Origin: an uncultured Myxococcales bacterium
Lineage (GTDB): Bacteria > Desulfobacterota > Binatia > UBA1149 > CAITLU01
Direction: 5' to 3'
Length of the DNA stretch: 64,000 bases
Assembly: GCA_964476185.1 (NCBI GenBank)
Contig: CAYYZO010000006.1
Coordinates: 16,529 to 80,528, forward strand
The position numbers and the translations under genes are program-made. The notes beneath the pieces were generated by a model. It did not search any database. It had not been told where the DNA came from and worked only from the letters and a program-made list of their open reading frames with translations. How positions within the stretch are numbered: position 1 is the first letter of the stretch; every line of letters begins with the position of its first letter. Of this stretch, positions 43,147 to 52,542 are shown piece after piece.

Positions 43147-44982
43147 ATGATGTGGACCACTCTGGGGCTTTCCCGCGATCCGTTCGATCGCTGTCCCGAG
43201 CTCGACGATTCGTGTCTGCCGAACACGATGGCGTCCGTGCTCTCGGAACTCCTGTCCGACCTGCGGACGTCGCACGGCGTCAGCCTCGTCACGGCTGAGG
43301 CCGGCAGCGGCAAGTCGATCCTGCTCGCCGCGCTTTCCCGCCGTCTCGCCGTGACGGCCCAGGTCGCCGTGGTCGACGAACCCGCGTCGTCGCTGGCTGC
43401 GATCGCACGCGCCGCACTCGAGCAGATGCGCGACGAGCAACCGCAGGGCGCCGCCGTCGACTGGGTCGCGGCGTTGCAGGAAGTGATCGCCGAGGAAGCC
43501 GGCGCAGGGCGTTCGACGGCGATCGTCGTCGACGACGCGCACCGGCTGTCCCCACAAACCCTGGAAGACCTCGCCCGGTTGTTCGGTGACGGCCGGTCGT
43601 CGCGCCTGCACCTGTTCCTGTTCGGACGTCGGCGGCTGGTCGAGCGGCTGAACGCGGCGTCGGGCCACGCGCTGGACGACCACCTTCTTCAGGTGGTCGA
43701 GCTGGATCCGCTGAGCGTGCGCGAGAGCGTGCGCTACCTCGAGCGGCGAATCGCGATCTGCGGCGGCGAACTGCTTCGCCTGTTCGACGAAGGCGCCGTC
43801 GACGAGGTCGTGCAGCGCTCGGGCGGTTTCCTCGCGCGGCTCGAGGAGATCGCGGTCGAGGCCCTGCGACGGGCAAGCGGACGCGGAGCGAAGCGAGCCC
43901 TGGTCAGCGACGTGGTCGCGAGCGCGCGCGTGGCGGAACGCGACGAGGAGGATGTCATGGCTGCGAAACAGCAACCGCTTCGGTTCGAACTCTCGGGCGC
44001 CGCGGCCGCGGAACCCGCCGACTGGCACGTCGGCGACGAAGACGGTGACGGCGAGGAAGCGTGGGAAGACGAAGAACCCGCGAGCGACGAGGATTGGCAC
44101 GCGGAGGACAGCGAAGAAGAGGAGGAGCTCTCCTGGGAAGCTTCCGGCGAGAGCGTCGACATCGAGGAGGACGACGGCGAGGAAGACTCGGCCGACGAAT
44201 ACGACGACGAAGACGGCCTGGAGGCAGAGGAAGAGGAGGACTCGCGATTCCTCGCGGCGACCAGGCGATCGCCGGCGCGCCGACGGCTCGTCGGACCGGC
44301 CGTCTTGAGCCTCGCCGCCGGACTGGCGCTGGTCTGGGCGGCGAATCAGATTCCGGGGCCGTCCGCGGATTCCCCGCGCGGCCGTGACGCCGTGCTGTTC
44401 GCCGAACCTCTGGCGTCGAAGCCCCAGGAGATCCTGCGCCTGGCGGCAACGGCGGAGGACGCCGACGCCGATGCGCAGGTCCAGGCCTGGCTCTCGCAGC
44501 CGAAGGAGAGGCCGGCGCCGGTCGAGGTGGCGAAGGCAGCGCCGGTGGAGGAACCCCCCGTGGCGAAGTCGGGTTCGGTCGCCGAGGCGAAGCCGTCCGA
44601 GGGGACGGCCAGTGTCCGGACGACGGAGCCTACGTCGGGGGACCCCGCGGCCGCCTCGGGGGCGGTCGCGCCGACGCCCGTGAAGGTCGCGGCGAAACCG
44701 GCGACTCCCAAGACCGCCGCGAAGGCTCCCGCCAAGCCGTCCGTGGCCAAGGCGGCCGCGCGGACGCCCGTCTACACGGTCCAACTCGGCGCGTTCAAGG
44801 CGCGCCGCAATGCCGAGGAACTCGCACTCAAACTGCGCGGGAACCCGACCCATATCCTCGAGGAGGGCGGGCTCTACCGCGTCGTCAGCGGGTCGTTCCG
44901 GAAGAAGAGCGACGCCGCCTCGCACGAAACCAGGCTGAAGCGGGCGGGCTACTCGACGTACGTGCGGACCGCGGTGTTCTGA
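43147..44982 (+). CDS. ExeA/MshM-like AAA+ ATPase fused via acidic linker and TM segment to C-terminal SPOR (peptidoglycan-binding) domain
   Basis: MMWTTLGLSRDPFDRCPELDDSCL...AEAGSGKSILL (Walker A) ...VVDDAH (Walker B). The acidic linker EDGDGEEAWEDEEPASDEDWHAEDSEEEEELSWEA... is followed by TM helix VGPAVLSLAAGLALVWAA and SPOR VYTVQLGAFKARRNAEELALKLRG...GLYRVVSGSF. Strong GGAGGTGAGG RBS. Confidence 0.75.
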   Translation: MMWTTLGLSRDPFDRCPELDDSCLPNTMASVLSELLSDLRTSHGVSLVTAEAGSGKSILLAALSRRLAVTAQVAVVDEPASSLAAIARAALEQMRDEQPQGAAVDWVAALQEVIAEEAGAGRSTAIVVDDAHRLSPQTLEDLARLFGDGRSSRLHLFLFGRRRLVERLNAASGHALDDHLLQVVELDPLSVRESVRYLERRIAICGGELLRLFDEGAVDEVVQRSGGFLARLEEIAVEALRRASGRGAKRALVSDVVASARVAERDEEDVMAAKQQPLRFELSGAAAAEPADWHVGDEDGDGEEAWEDEEPASDEDWHAEDSEEEEELSWEASGESVDIEEDDGEEDSADEYDDEDGLEAEEEEDSRFLAATRRSPARRRLVGPAVLSLAAGLALVWAANQIPGPSADSPRGRDAVLFAEPLASKPQEILRLAATAEDADADAQVQAWLSQPKERPAPVEVAKAAPVEEPPVAKSGSVAEAKPSEGTASVRTTEPTSGDPAAASGAVAPTPVKVAAKPATPKTAAKAPAKPSVAKAAARTPVYTVQLGAFKARRNAEELALKLRGNPTHILEEGGLYRVVSGSFRKKSDAASHETRLKRAGYSTYVRTAVF

Positions 44983-45098
44983 GCGTACGCTTTCGGACCG
45001 GGCGGTACGGTCTCGTGCGATCGGGATCGTCCTTCGGGCACGGCCCGAGGAGTCGCGGGAGCCGGTTCCGTCAGTAGGATCAGGGGTTTGCGTAGGAA

Positions 45099-45112
45099 CC
45101 GAAAAGTTTCGG
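45099..45112. promoter_or_regulatory. palindrome CCGAAAAGTTTCGG (extended AACCGAAAAGTTTCGGATT) in the intergenic region upstream of the small ORF
   Basis: 6-bp perfect arms with a 2-nt centre. This is too tight for a hairpin loop, so it looks like a dimeric protein-binding site. It is in the least GC-rich stretch of the 200-nt intergenic region. Confidence 0.25.
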
Positions 45113-45185
45113 ATTAGATGCGCCGCGGCAGGCCCGCGGCTTGCTCCGGTTCCCGGGCGCATCCAGCGCGCCAAGGGGAACCCCG

Positions 45186-45434
45186 ATGATCATCGACGAG
45201 AAGAGCTTCCTGGACCTGGCCGTTCACCTGCGTCACGCCTCCGACAACCTGGTGACCGCGGCCCAGCGCCTTTCGCGCCTGTGCGATCCCGCGTGCCAGG
45301 TCGGTGACGACCGCAGCGAACTCGTCTCGACGCTCGATGACCTCGTGTGCATGAACCGCGAGTTCACGAACGCCGAGCGGCTGATCCGGACGGTTTGGGA
45401 AGAGAACCGGCCCCGGGCGGCGCGGGCAAACTGA
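45186..45434 (+). CDS. small hypothetical protein (82 aa)
   Basis: AAGGGGA RBS 5 nt before ATG 45186 (MIIDEKSFLDLAVHLRHASDNLVTAAQRLSRLCDPACQ...). No recognisable domain. Confidence 0.45.
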   Translation: MIIDEKSFLDLAVHLRHASDNLVTAAQRLSRLCDPACQVGDDRSELVSTLDDLVCMNREFTNAERLIRTVWEENRPRAARAN

Positions 45435-45459
45435 ACGGCGAACGAACGGACCGCGAGGG

Positions 45460-46443
45460 TCAGAGCTCGCGGTCGACGAGCTGTTCGATCAGGGAGCGGA
45501 TCGCGCCCCGGAACTCGGATTCCGCCAGCGTGTCGACGACGGCCGCTGCGCGCGCGGCGTGCTCCACGGCGAGGTCCCGGACCCTGTCCAGGATGCCCTC
45601 CGCGCGGATCTCGGCGATTGCCCCGTCGATCACGGAGCGATCGCACCCCTCCTCGAGAAACGCCCGCCGAACCGACGGCAGGCCGAGCCCCCAGATCACC
45701 GGCAGCGAGGGATTGCCGTCGACGAGGTCGGTGCCGACCCTCTTGCCGATCTTGTTCGGGTCGCCTTCGACGTCCAGCACGTCGTCGATCATCTGGAACG
45801 CCATGCCGACGTCGCGACCGCAGCGTGCCATCTCCTCGACGCGATGCCCGGGAAAGCCGGCAAGGTGCCCGGCGATGCGCGTGCCGACCTCGAACAGGGA
45901 CGCGGTCTTGCGGGCGATGATCTCGAAGTAGTCGGCTTCCGTCACCGTTTCGTTACGGCGGAAGCGGCCCTGCATGATCTCGCCCTGGCAGAGCTGCACG
46001 CAGGCTTCGGACGCCCAGTTCACCACCTTCTCCTCGAAACGGCCGCAGACCTGGAAAGCGCGCGAGAACAGGAAGTCGCCCGTCACGAGCGTGTCCGCCA
46101 GGCCGAACCGCACCGGCGCGGCGTCCTTGCCGCGCCGCACGTCGTTCGAGTCGATGATGTCGTCGTGCAGCAGCGTCGCCGTGTGGATCAGCTCGAGGGA
46201 AACCGACAGGTCCACCATGTCGGTCGCATCCATGCCTCCACAGGCCCGGAAGAGGAGCAGGGCGACGGCCGGGCGCACCCGCTTGCCGCCTGCGTTGATC
46301 AGGTAGTCGGCGATCTCGGTGAGCCGCGGCTCGGTGGCCGAGATCATCTCCGCGACCCGGCGCTCGACGCCAGCGAGGTCGGCGTCGATCAGCCGAAGAG
46401 GAGCGCTCGAAGCGGCGTTCGGGACGGCGGACGGAGACGACAC
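45460..46443 (-). CDS. polyprenyl diphosphate synthase (trans-isoprenyl diphosphate synthase, IspB/GGPPS-like)
   Basis: FARM LLHDDIIDSNDVRRG, SARM FQMIDDVLD and GGKRVRP. GTG 46443 gives 328 aa. The in-frame ATG 46539 would add a low-complexity 32-aa extension. Confidence 0.8.
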   Translation of the reverse strand: MSSPSAVPNAASSAPLRLIDADLAGVERRVAEMISATEPRLTEIADYLINAGGKRVRPAVALLLFRACGGMDATDMVDLSVSLELIHTATLLHDDIIDSNDVRRGKDAAPVRFGLADTLVTGDFLFSRAFQVCGRFEEKVVNWASEACVQLCQGEIMQGRFRRNETVTEADYFEIIARKTASLFEVGTRIAGHLAGFPGHRVEEMARCGRDVGMAFQMIDDVLDVEGDPNKIGKRVGTDLVDGNPSLPVIWGLGLPSVRRAFLEEGCDRSVIDGAIAEIRAEGILDRVRDLAVEHAARAAAVVDTLAESEFRGAIRSLIEQLVDREL

Positions 46444-46637
46444 GGTGCCGGGGCTTGGACCACAACCGGGATGGAAAGCGAAACGCCGGCCGGAGCTCGA
46501 AAAGCGCCCGCCCAAGGGGGCCGCTGCGGTGCTCTCCAAGCTTTACTACGCCGCAGCCCCGTGCCACGATTCGCGAACTTTGCTTGCGGGCGTGCCACTG
46601 GGGCGTCCGTCGTCAGGAGTAGCGTGCAGTGGCCACG

Positions 46638-46964
46638 ATGATCACAGAAGAGTGCATCAACTGCGGAGCCTGCGAGCCCGAGTGCCCGAACACCGCCATC
46701 TACGAGGGCGGCGTGCAGTGGGAGGCTCCCGACGGCTCGATGCATGACGCGATCACGGAGGACATCTACTACATCGTCCCCCAGAAGTGCACGGAGTGCG
46801 TCGGGTTCTTCGACCAGGAGCAGTGCGCGGCAGTCTGCCCCGTGGACTGCTGCGTGCCGAATCCCGACATCGCCGAGACGGAGGACGTGTTGCTCGCCCG
46901 CGCGAAGGAACTCCACCCGGACACGCAGATCCCGGAGCCGCCCCCGTCGCGCTTCCGGCGCTGA
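46638..46964 (+). CDS. 2x[4Fe-4S] ferredoxin-family protein (YfhL-like)
   Basis: [12 protein letters not shown] and [22 protein letters not shown] are the cluster motifs. ATG 46638 (alternative GTG 46629). Confidence 0.8.
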   Translation: MITEECINCGACEPECPNTAIYEGGVQWEAPDGSMHDAITEDIYYIVPQKCTECVGFFDQEQCAAVCPVDCCVPNPDIAETEDVLLARAKELHPDTQIPEPPPSRFRR

Positions 46965-46988
46965 CGCGCCGGCCGGATTCTCGGCCAG

Positions 46989-48002
46989 ATGCCGTCCCAG
47001 GGTCGCCGGGCGCTGCAGTTCGCAGTCGGCCTCGGTCTTTCCGGCCTCTTTCTCTGGCTCGCCCTGCGCGGCGAGGATTGGGGTCAGATTCGCGAGGGGC
47101 TCGCGAGCGCTGACTACCGCTACGTCGCCCTCATGGTACCGACGGGCATCTACACTCTTTACGTCCGGAGCCAGCGCTGGCGGATCCTGCTCGAGAAGAG
47201 CCACGGCCGCAGCGTCGCGATGATGCCGATCTTCTCGGCGTCCGCGATCGGCTTCATGGCCAACATGGTCCTGCCGTTCCGCGTCGGGGAGGTCGCGAGG
47301 CCGCTGATTCTCGCGCGCGACGCCGGGCTTCCGCCGGCGACCACGATGGCGACCGTCGTCGTCGAGCGCATCCTCGACCTGGTCGCGCTGGCGGCCTTCG
47401 GGCTGGCCATCGTGACGATCGCGGACGTGCCGCCCGAGATCGAACGCGTCGCCCAGGCGGCCGCGTTCGCCGCGGCCGTCGGCTTCGTCGGAGTCTACGT
47501 CGTGGTCGTCCGCAGGCAGACGCTGTTGCCGCTGCTGGACCGGCTCTGGAAGCGCATCCCGAAGCTGGGTCCGGTGATCCTTCGCGTCGAGCACGAGGTC
47601 GTCGACGGCATGTCGGCGATCGCCGATCCGATGACGATGCTGCGAACCGTGGCCCTGTCGTTCTACGTCTGGTTCATCGTCGCGATCAGCTTCGCGCTAG
47701 GCTTCGACGCGGTCGGGCTCGACGTCCCGTTCTTCGGCGGAGGGGTGACCGTCGCGACGATCGTCGCGCTGGCCGTTTCCGTGCCGTCGGCGCCGGGCTT
47801 CGTCGGGCAGTTCGAGTGGGGCTGCAAGGTCGCGCTCGAGCAGATTTACGATGTCGAGGCGGGAGCCGCCGTCTACTCGATCCTCGTGCACACGCAGCAG
47901 TTCCTGACGACCGTCGCGCTCGGCGTCGTCTTCCTCGCGCGGGAGGGGCTGAGCCTGCGGGACCTGAGCAGCATGAAGGACAAGGCCGGGGAGACCGTCT
48001 GA
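46989..48002 (+). CDS. UPF0104/flippase-like membrane protein (MprF transmembrane-domain family)
   Basis: 8 TM helices; ...YVRSQRWRILL...PIFSASAIGFMANMVLPFRVGEVARPLIL... matches the lysyl-PG synthase TM-domain family. Confidence 0.75.
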   Translation: MPSQGRRALQFAVGLGLSGLFLWLALRGEDWGQIREGLASADYRYVALMVPTGIYTLYVRSQRWRILLEKSHGRSVAMMPIFSASAIGFMANMVLPFRVGEVARPLILARDAGLPPATTMATVVVERILDLVALAAFGLAIVTIADVPPEIERVAQAAAFAAAVGFVGVYVVVVRRQTLLPLLDRLWKRIPKLGPVILRVEHEVVDGMSAIADPMTMLRTVALSFYVWFIVAISFALGFDAVGLDVPFFGGGVTVATIVALAVSVPSAPGFVGQFEWGCKVALEQIYDVEAGAAVYSILVHTQQFLTTVALGVVFLAREGLSLRDLSSMKDKAGETV

Positions 48003-49201
48003 TGGGCCTTCTGGTCGGCAGGAGGGTGCTGCTCGCGGTCGGCGGCGGGATCGCGGCGTACAAGTCGCCCGAGATCGTCCGGCGCCTCGTTGCCGAAGGC
48101 GCGGAGGTGCAGGTCGCGATGACGCGTTCGGCGCGCGAGTTCGTGACGCCGCTCGTCCTCCAGACGTTGTCGAAACGGCCGGTCGCGCTCGACCTGCTCG
48201 ATCCCCGCGAGGACGCCGCGATCGGCCACATCCGCATCGCCGAGGAAGCGGACGCCGTGCTTGTCGCGCCGGCGACGGCGAACCTCGTCGCGCGCCTGGC
48301 GCTCGGCATCGCGGACGACATCGTGACGACGGCGCTGCTGGTCGCGCGCTGTCCCGTGGTCGTCGCCCCGTCGATGAACTCGAACATGCTCGCGCACCCG
48401 ACCGTGGAGACGAATCTCCGAACGCTCGCCGGGCGGGGCTGCCGCATCGTGGAGAGTGACCGCGGCGAACTCGCGTGCGGGTACGAAGGAGCGGGACGGC
48501 TTCCGGACGCGGACGCCCTCGTCGCCGAGGTCGCCGCCGCGATCGCGCCGAAGGATTTTGCCGGCCGGCGCGTGCTCGTCTCGGCCGGACCGACGCGCGA
48601 GGCTCTCGATCCCGTGCGCTATCTCACGAACCGCTCGAGCGGGCGCATGGGGTACGCAGTCGCCGCGGCCGCTTGGCGCCGAGGGGCGTCGGTCACGCTG
48701 GTGTCCGGCCCGACCGCCCTCGCGTGCCCGCGCGGCGTCGAGCGGGTCGACGTCTCGAGCGCAGCGGAGATGCACGACGCGATGCTTTCCAGGGCCGCCA
48801 CCAGCGACGTCGTCGTCATGGTGGCCGCCGTCGCGGACTACCGTCCCGCCGAAGCGGCGACGGAGAAGATCAAGAAGAAGCGGGGAGAGCCGCTCGAACT
48901 GCGGCTGGCCGAGAACCCGGACATCCTGGCGACGCTCGGCACGTTGCCGGGGCGCCGCGTGCTGGTCGGATTCGCGGCCGAGACGAACGACGTCGTGCGG
49001 CACGCGCGCGAGAAGCTCGAGCGCAAGCGCGCGCACCTGATCGTCGGCAACGACGTCACGCTTCCGGGCGCCGGCTTCGAGACCGAGACGAACGCCGCGG
49101 TGCTGGTCGACGCTTCGGGCGAGCGGGCGACCGGGATGGTGCGAAAAGACGAACTGGCCGATCTCATCCTCGACCGCGTACGCGCGCTGTCGGGCTCCTG
49201 A
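48002..49201 (+). CDS. coaBC: bifunctional phosphopantothenoylcysteine decarboxylase / phosphopantothenate-cysteine ligase
   Basis: VLLAVGGGIAAYKSPEIVRRL is the flavoprotein N-terminal domain. The CoaB domain shows ...VSAGPTREALDPVRYLTNRSSGRMGY...VGFAAET. The ATG overlaps the upstream TGA. Confidence 0.9.
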   Translation: MGLLVGRRVLLAVGGGIAAYKSPEIVRRLVAEGAEVQVAMTRSAREFVTPLVLQTLSKRPVALDLLDPREDAAIGHIRIAEEADAVLVAPATANLVARLALGIADDIVTTALLVARCPVVVAPSMNSNMLAHPTVETNLRTLAGRGCRIVESDRGELACGYEGAGRLPDADALVAEVAAAIAPKDFAGRRVLVSAGPTREALDPVRYLTNRSSGRMGYAVAAAAWRRGASVTLVSGPTALACPRGVERVDVSSAAEMHDAMLSRAATSDVVVMVAAVADYRPAEAATEKIKKKRGEPLELRLAENPDILATLGTLPGRRVLVGFAAETNDVVRHAREKLERKRAHLIVGNDVTLPGAGFETETNAAVLVDASGERATGMVRKDELADLILDRVRALSGS

Positions 49202-49242
49202 GCCGGTCGCGTTCGGGGCGCACGGCAGGTGGGCGGAGCACG

Positions 49243-49995
49243 ATGGAACAGGTGACTCGCAAGGAGGTCCGGGCGTGGCTCGAACGCGAGGTGGCGCTCG
49301 GGCTGGACGTGCTGCCCCACGCCGCCCCGCCGCCTCCCGGGGCCAGCGCGCTGTCCGAGGTGCTGGTCGAACCCGGTATCCGCGCGGCCGCGACCCTCGA
49401 CGAGCTTCGCGTGGTGCTCGGCGACTGCGAGCGATGCAAGCTCTGCCGCGGGCGCACCAACATCGTGTTCGGCGTCGGGCACCCGAACGCCCGCCTGATG
49501 TTCGTCGGCGAGGGGCCCGGGGAAGACGAGGACCTGCAAGGGGAGCCGTTCGTCGGAAACGCCGGCGCCCTGCTGACCGACATCATCACGAAGGGCATGG
49601 GGCTTTCGCGTGCCGACGTCTACATCGCCAACGTCGTCAAGTGCCGTCCGCCGAACAATCGCAATCCGGAACCGGACGAGATCGTGGCCTGTGAACCGTT
49701 CCTCAAGCGCCAGATCGAGATCGTGCGGCCCGAAGTGATCGTCACCCTCGGCAATTTCGCGACCCAGGCCCTGCTCGGAGACCGCACCTCGATCACGCGC
49801 CGGCGGGGACGCTGGCACGACTTCCACGGCATCGCCCTGATGCCGACTTTCCATCCGTCGTACCTGCTGCGAACCCCCTCGGACAAGCGGCTCGTCTGGC
49901 AGGACATCCAGCTGGTCATGGAGAGGCTCGGGATCCCGTTGCCGTCGAAAGCGTCGAAGGGCCCGTCACCAGCCGGAAGGGGCGGTCCGGCGTGA
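49243..49995 (+). CDS. uracil-DNA glycosylase family 4 (4Fe-4S type)
   Basis: Family 4 motif GEGPGEDED; CERCKLCRGRTNIVFGVG...HPSYLLR. Confidence 0.85.
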   Translation: MEQVTRKEVRAWLEREVALGLDVLPHAAPPPPGASALSEVLVEPGIRAAATLDELRVVLGDCERCKLCRGRTNIVFGVGHPNARLMFVGEGPGEDEDLQGEPFVGNAGALLTDIITKGMGLSRADVYIANVVKCRPPNNRNPEPDEIVACEPFLKRQIEIVRPEVIVTLGNFATQALLGDRTSITRRRGRWHDFHGIALMPTFHPSYLLRTPSDKRLVWQDIQLVMERLGIPLPSKASKGPSPAGRGGPA

Positions 49996-51059
49996 AACCA
50001 GCCCCGTTGTCCGACGACGCCGACGGTCCCTTCTGGAGCGGGGATCTCGACTATCGCTTGCCGGCCGACCGCATCGCACAGTCGCCGGCCGAGCGGCGCG
50101 AGGGATCGCGACTGATGGTCCTCGACCGCCCGAGCGGCGCGATCGAGCACGCGACGTTCGCGGACATCGCGAGGTTCCTCCCGGCGTCGGCGCTGCTCGT
50201 CGCGAACGACTCGCGGGTGATCCCGGCCAGGCTGCGCGGTCGCAAGGCCGGGAGCGGCGGCGCGGTCGAGGCGCTGTTGCTCGGCGTCGGATCCGGTTCG
50301 GTCGTCCCGGCGATGGTGCGCGTCGCCAAGCCGCTGCGCGAAGGCCAGGTCGTCGAATTCGCCGGCGGCGTGACCGCGCGCGTCGTTTCGCCGCCCGAGC
50401 ACGGCCGGGCCGAGCTCGATTTCGGTCCGGTCCCGGTCGAGGAGGCGCTCGCCCGCGCCGGGGAGCTTCCGCTTCCGCCGTACATCGAACGCAGCGCCGG
50501 CCCGACCGAAGAGGACCTCGAACGCTACCAGACCGTCTACGCGCGGCGCCCGGGATCGGTCGCCGCGCCGACCGCCGGGCTGCACTTCACCCCCGGGCTG
50601 CTGGGCGAGCTCGGCGAGCGCGGCTTCGAGTTCGCGACCGTGACGTTGCACGTCGGTCCGGGCACCTTCACGCCGGTGCGCGGTGATCTCGGGACGCACC
50701 AGATGGAGGAAGAGGCGTACGAAATCGGCGGCGACACGGCTTCGCGCATCGCGCTCGCGCGCCGGCAGGGGCGGCCGGTGGTCGCGATCGGCACCACGAC
50801 GGTGCGCACGCTCGAGAGCGCCGCGCAGCGCGACGGGACGGTCGCGACCGGACCCGGCCGCAGCCGGCTCTTCATCCGTCCCGGCCACCGGTTCGCGGTC
50901 GTCGACGCGCTGGTGACGAACTTCCACCTTCCCGGTTCGACCCTGCTCGCGCTCGTGATGGCGCTGGCCGGACGCGACCTCGTCCGCCGCGCCTACCAGG
51001 TCGCGGTCGAGGACGGCTACCGCTTCTACAGCTACGGCGACGCGATGCTGATTCGATGA
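49992..51059 (+). CDS. queA: S-adenosylmethionine:tRNA ribosyltransferase-isomerase
   Basis: LDYRLPADRIAQSPAERREGSRLMVL...PLPPYIER...TAGLHFT...VAIGTTTVRTLES. GTG 49992 overlaps the udg stop (GTGA). Confidence 0.9.
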   Translation: MKPAPLSDDADGPFWSGDLDYRLPADRIAQSPAERREGSRLMVLDRPSGAIEHATFADIARFLPASALLVANDSRVIPARLRGRKAGSGGAVEALLLGVGSGSVVPAMVRVAKPLREGQVVEFAGGVTARVVSPPEHGRAELDFGPVPVEEALARAGELPLPPYIERSAGPTEEDLERYQTVYARRPGSVAAPTAGLHFTPGLLGELGERGFEFATVTLHVGPGTFTPVRGDLGTHQMEEEAYEIGGDTASRIALARRQGRPVVAIGTTTVRTLESAAQRDGTVATGPGRSRLFIRPGHRFAVVDALVTNFHLPGSTLLALVMALAGRDLVRRAYQVAVEDGYRFYSYGDAMLIR

Positions 51060-52180
51060 GTACCCTGCGATTCGAAGTCCTCGCGACGGCGCGCGGCGGC
51101 GGCCGCCGGGGCCGTCTCACGCTGCCCCACGGAACGGTCGAGACGCCGGCGTTCATGCCCGTCGGGACCTACGGGAGCGTTCGCGGCCTGACGCCGCGGC
51201 AGCTGCGCACCGCCGGCGTGCAGATGGTGCTCTCCAACGCCTACCACCTCGCGCTCCGGCCCGGAGCCGAGCGCATCCGCGCGCTCGGCGGCATCCAGCG
51301 TTTCATGGGGTGGGACGGTCCCGTGCTCACCGACAGCGGCGGCTTCCAGGTGTTCAGCCTCGCCGACACGGTGAAGATGGACGAGCAGGGGGCCGTGTTC
51401 CGGTCGCACCTGGACGGCTCGAAGCTGCGCCTGACGCCGGAGAGCGTCGTCGAGCTCGAGCGGGCCCTCGGGGTCGACATCGGCATGGCGTTCGACGTCT
51501 GCGTCGCGCGGCCGGGCGATCGCGAGGCCGCCGCGGCCGGCGCGGCCCGCACGCTGCGCTGGGCGGTGCGGACGCGGGAGGTCCTCGAGGACACGTCGCC
51601 GACCTCGATCTTCGCGATCCAGCAGGGCGGCCTGTTCGAGGACCTGAGGCGCGAGAACTCCGAGGGGCTCGTGGAACTGGACTTTCCGGGCTACGCGGTG
51701 GGAGGCCTTTCGGTCGGCGAGGCTCGCGACGAGACGATGCGCACGGCCGAGTTCTCGGTCGCGATGCTGCCCGTTCACAAGCCCCGCTACATGATGGGGA
51801 TGGGGACCCCCCTCGATCTCGTGGACCTGTGCGGATGGGGCTACGACCTGTTCGACTGCGTGCTCCCGACCCGCAACGGGCGCAACGGCAGCGCGTTCAC
51901 GGCGGAGGGCCCCCTGACGATCCGCAATGCCCGTCACGCGAGCGACGACCGGCCGCTCGAGGACGGTTGCGATTGTGAAGCTTGTCTAGACTTTTCGCGC
52001 GGTTACTTGCATCATCTGGCGCGGCGCGGAGAGATGCTCGGAGCCATTCTCACGAGCCTTCACAACGTACGATTCTACCAGCGGCTCATGGCGGACATCC
52101 GCTCTGCGCTCTCGTCCGACACGTACGAAGCGTTCCGGACCGCGTTTCGCGCCCGCTACGAAGGAGAACCCCATGGCTAG
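51056..52180 (+). CDS. tgt: queuine tRNA-ribosyltransferase
   Basis: TPAFMPVGTYGSVRG...VLTDSGGFQVFSL...DCVLPTRNGRNG...CDCEAC. ATGA overlap with queA. Confidence 0.9.
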   Translation: MSTLRFEVLATARGGGRRGRLTLPHGTVETPAFMPVGTYGSVRGLTPRQLRTAGVQMVLSNAYHLALRPGAERIRALGGIQRFMGWDGPVLTDSGGFQVFSLADTVKMDEQGAVFRSHLDGSKLRLTPESVVELERALGVDIGMAFDVCVARPGDREAAAAGAARTLRWAVRTREVLEDTSPTSIFAIQQGGLFEDLRRENSEGLVELDFPGYAVGGLSVGEARDETMRTAEFSVAMLPVHKPRYMMGMGTPLDLVDLCGWGYDLFDCVLPTRNGRNGSAFTAEGPLTIRNARHASDDRPLEDGCDCEACLDFSRGYLHHLARRGEMLGAILTSLHNVRFYQRLMADIRSALSSDTYEAFRTAFRARYEGEPHG

Positions 52181-52499
52181 CGCCCCCACCGAGTTGATCC
52201 TCGCGCAGGCCGCGCCCGACGCGCTGATGCAGATGCTGCCGCTGGCGATGATCCTGGCGGTTTTCTATTTTCTGCTGATCCGCCCGCAGCAGCAGAAGGC
52301 GAAAGAGCACGAAGACTTCGTGAAGGCGCTCAAGCGCGGCGAGATGGTCCTCACGACGAGCGGCCTGTTCGGCCGGATCGTCGAACTGAAGGACCAGGAA
52401 GTGTTGCTCGAAATCGCCCCGAACGTGCGCGTGCGGTACGAGCGTTCGAAGATCGCTTCCGCCGTCAAGTCGACGGCCGCGGCGGCCAAGGCAGACTGA
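52173..52499 (+). CDS. yajC: preprotein translocase subunit YajC
   Basis: MLPLAMILAVFYFLLIRPQQQKAKEHEDFVKALKRGEMVLTTSGLFGRIVEL. Confidence 0.85.
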   Translation: MASAPTELILAQAAPDALMQMLPLAMILAVFYFLLIRPQQQKAKEHEDFVKALKRGEMVLTTSGLFGRIVELKDQEVLLEIAPNVRVRYERSKIASAVKSTAAAAKAD

Positions 52500-52542
52500 A
52501 CCTGAACGCTCGCGACTCGAGCGGCCCCAAGGAGGGAAGAAC

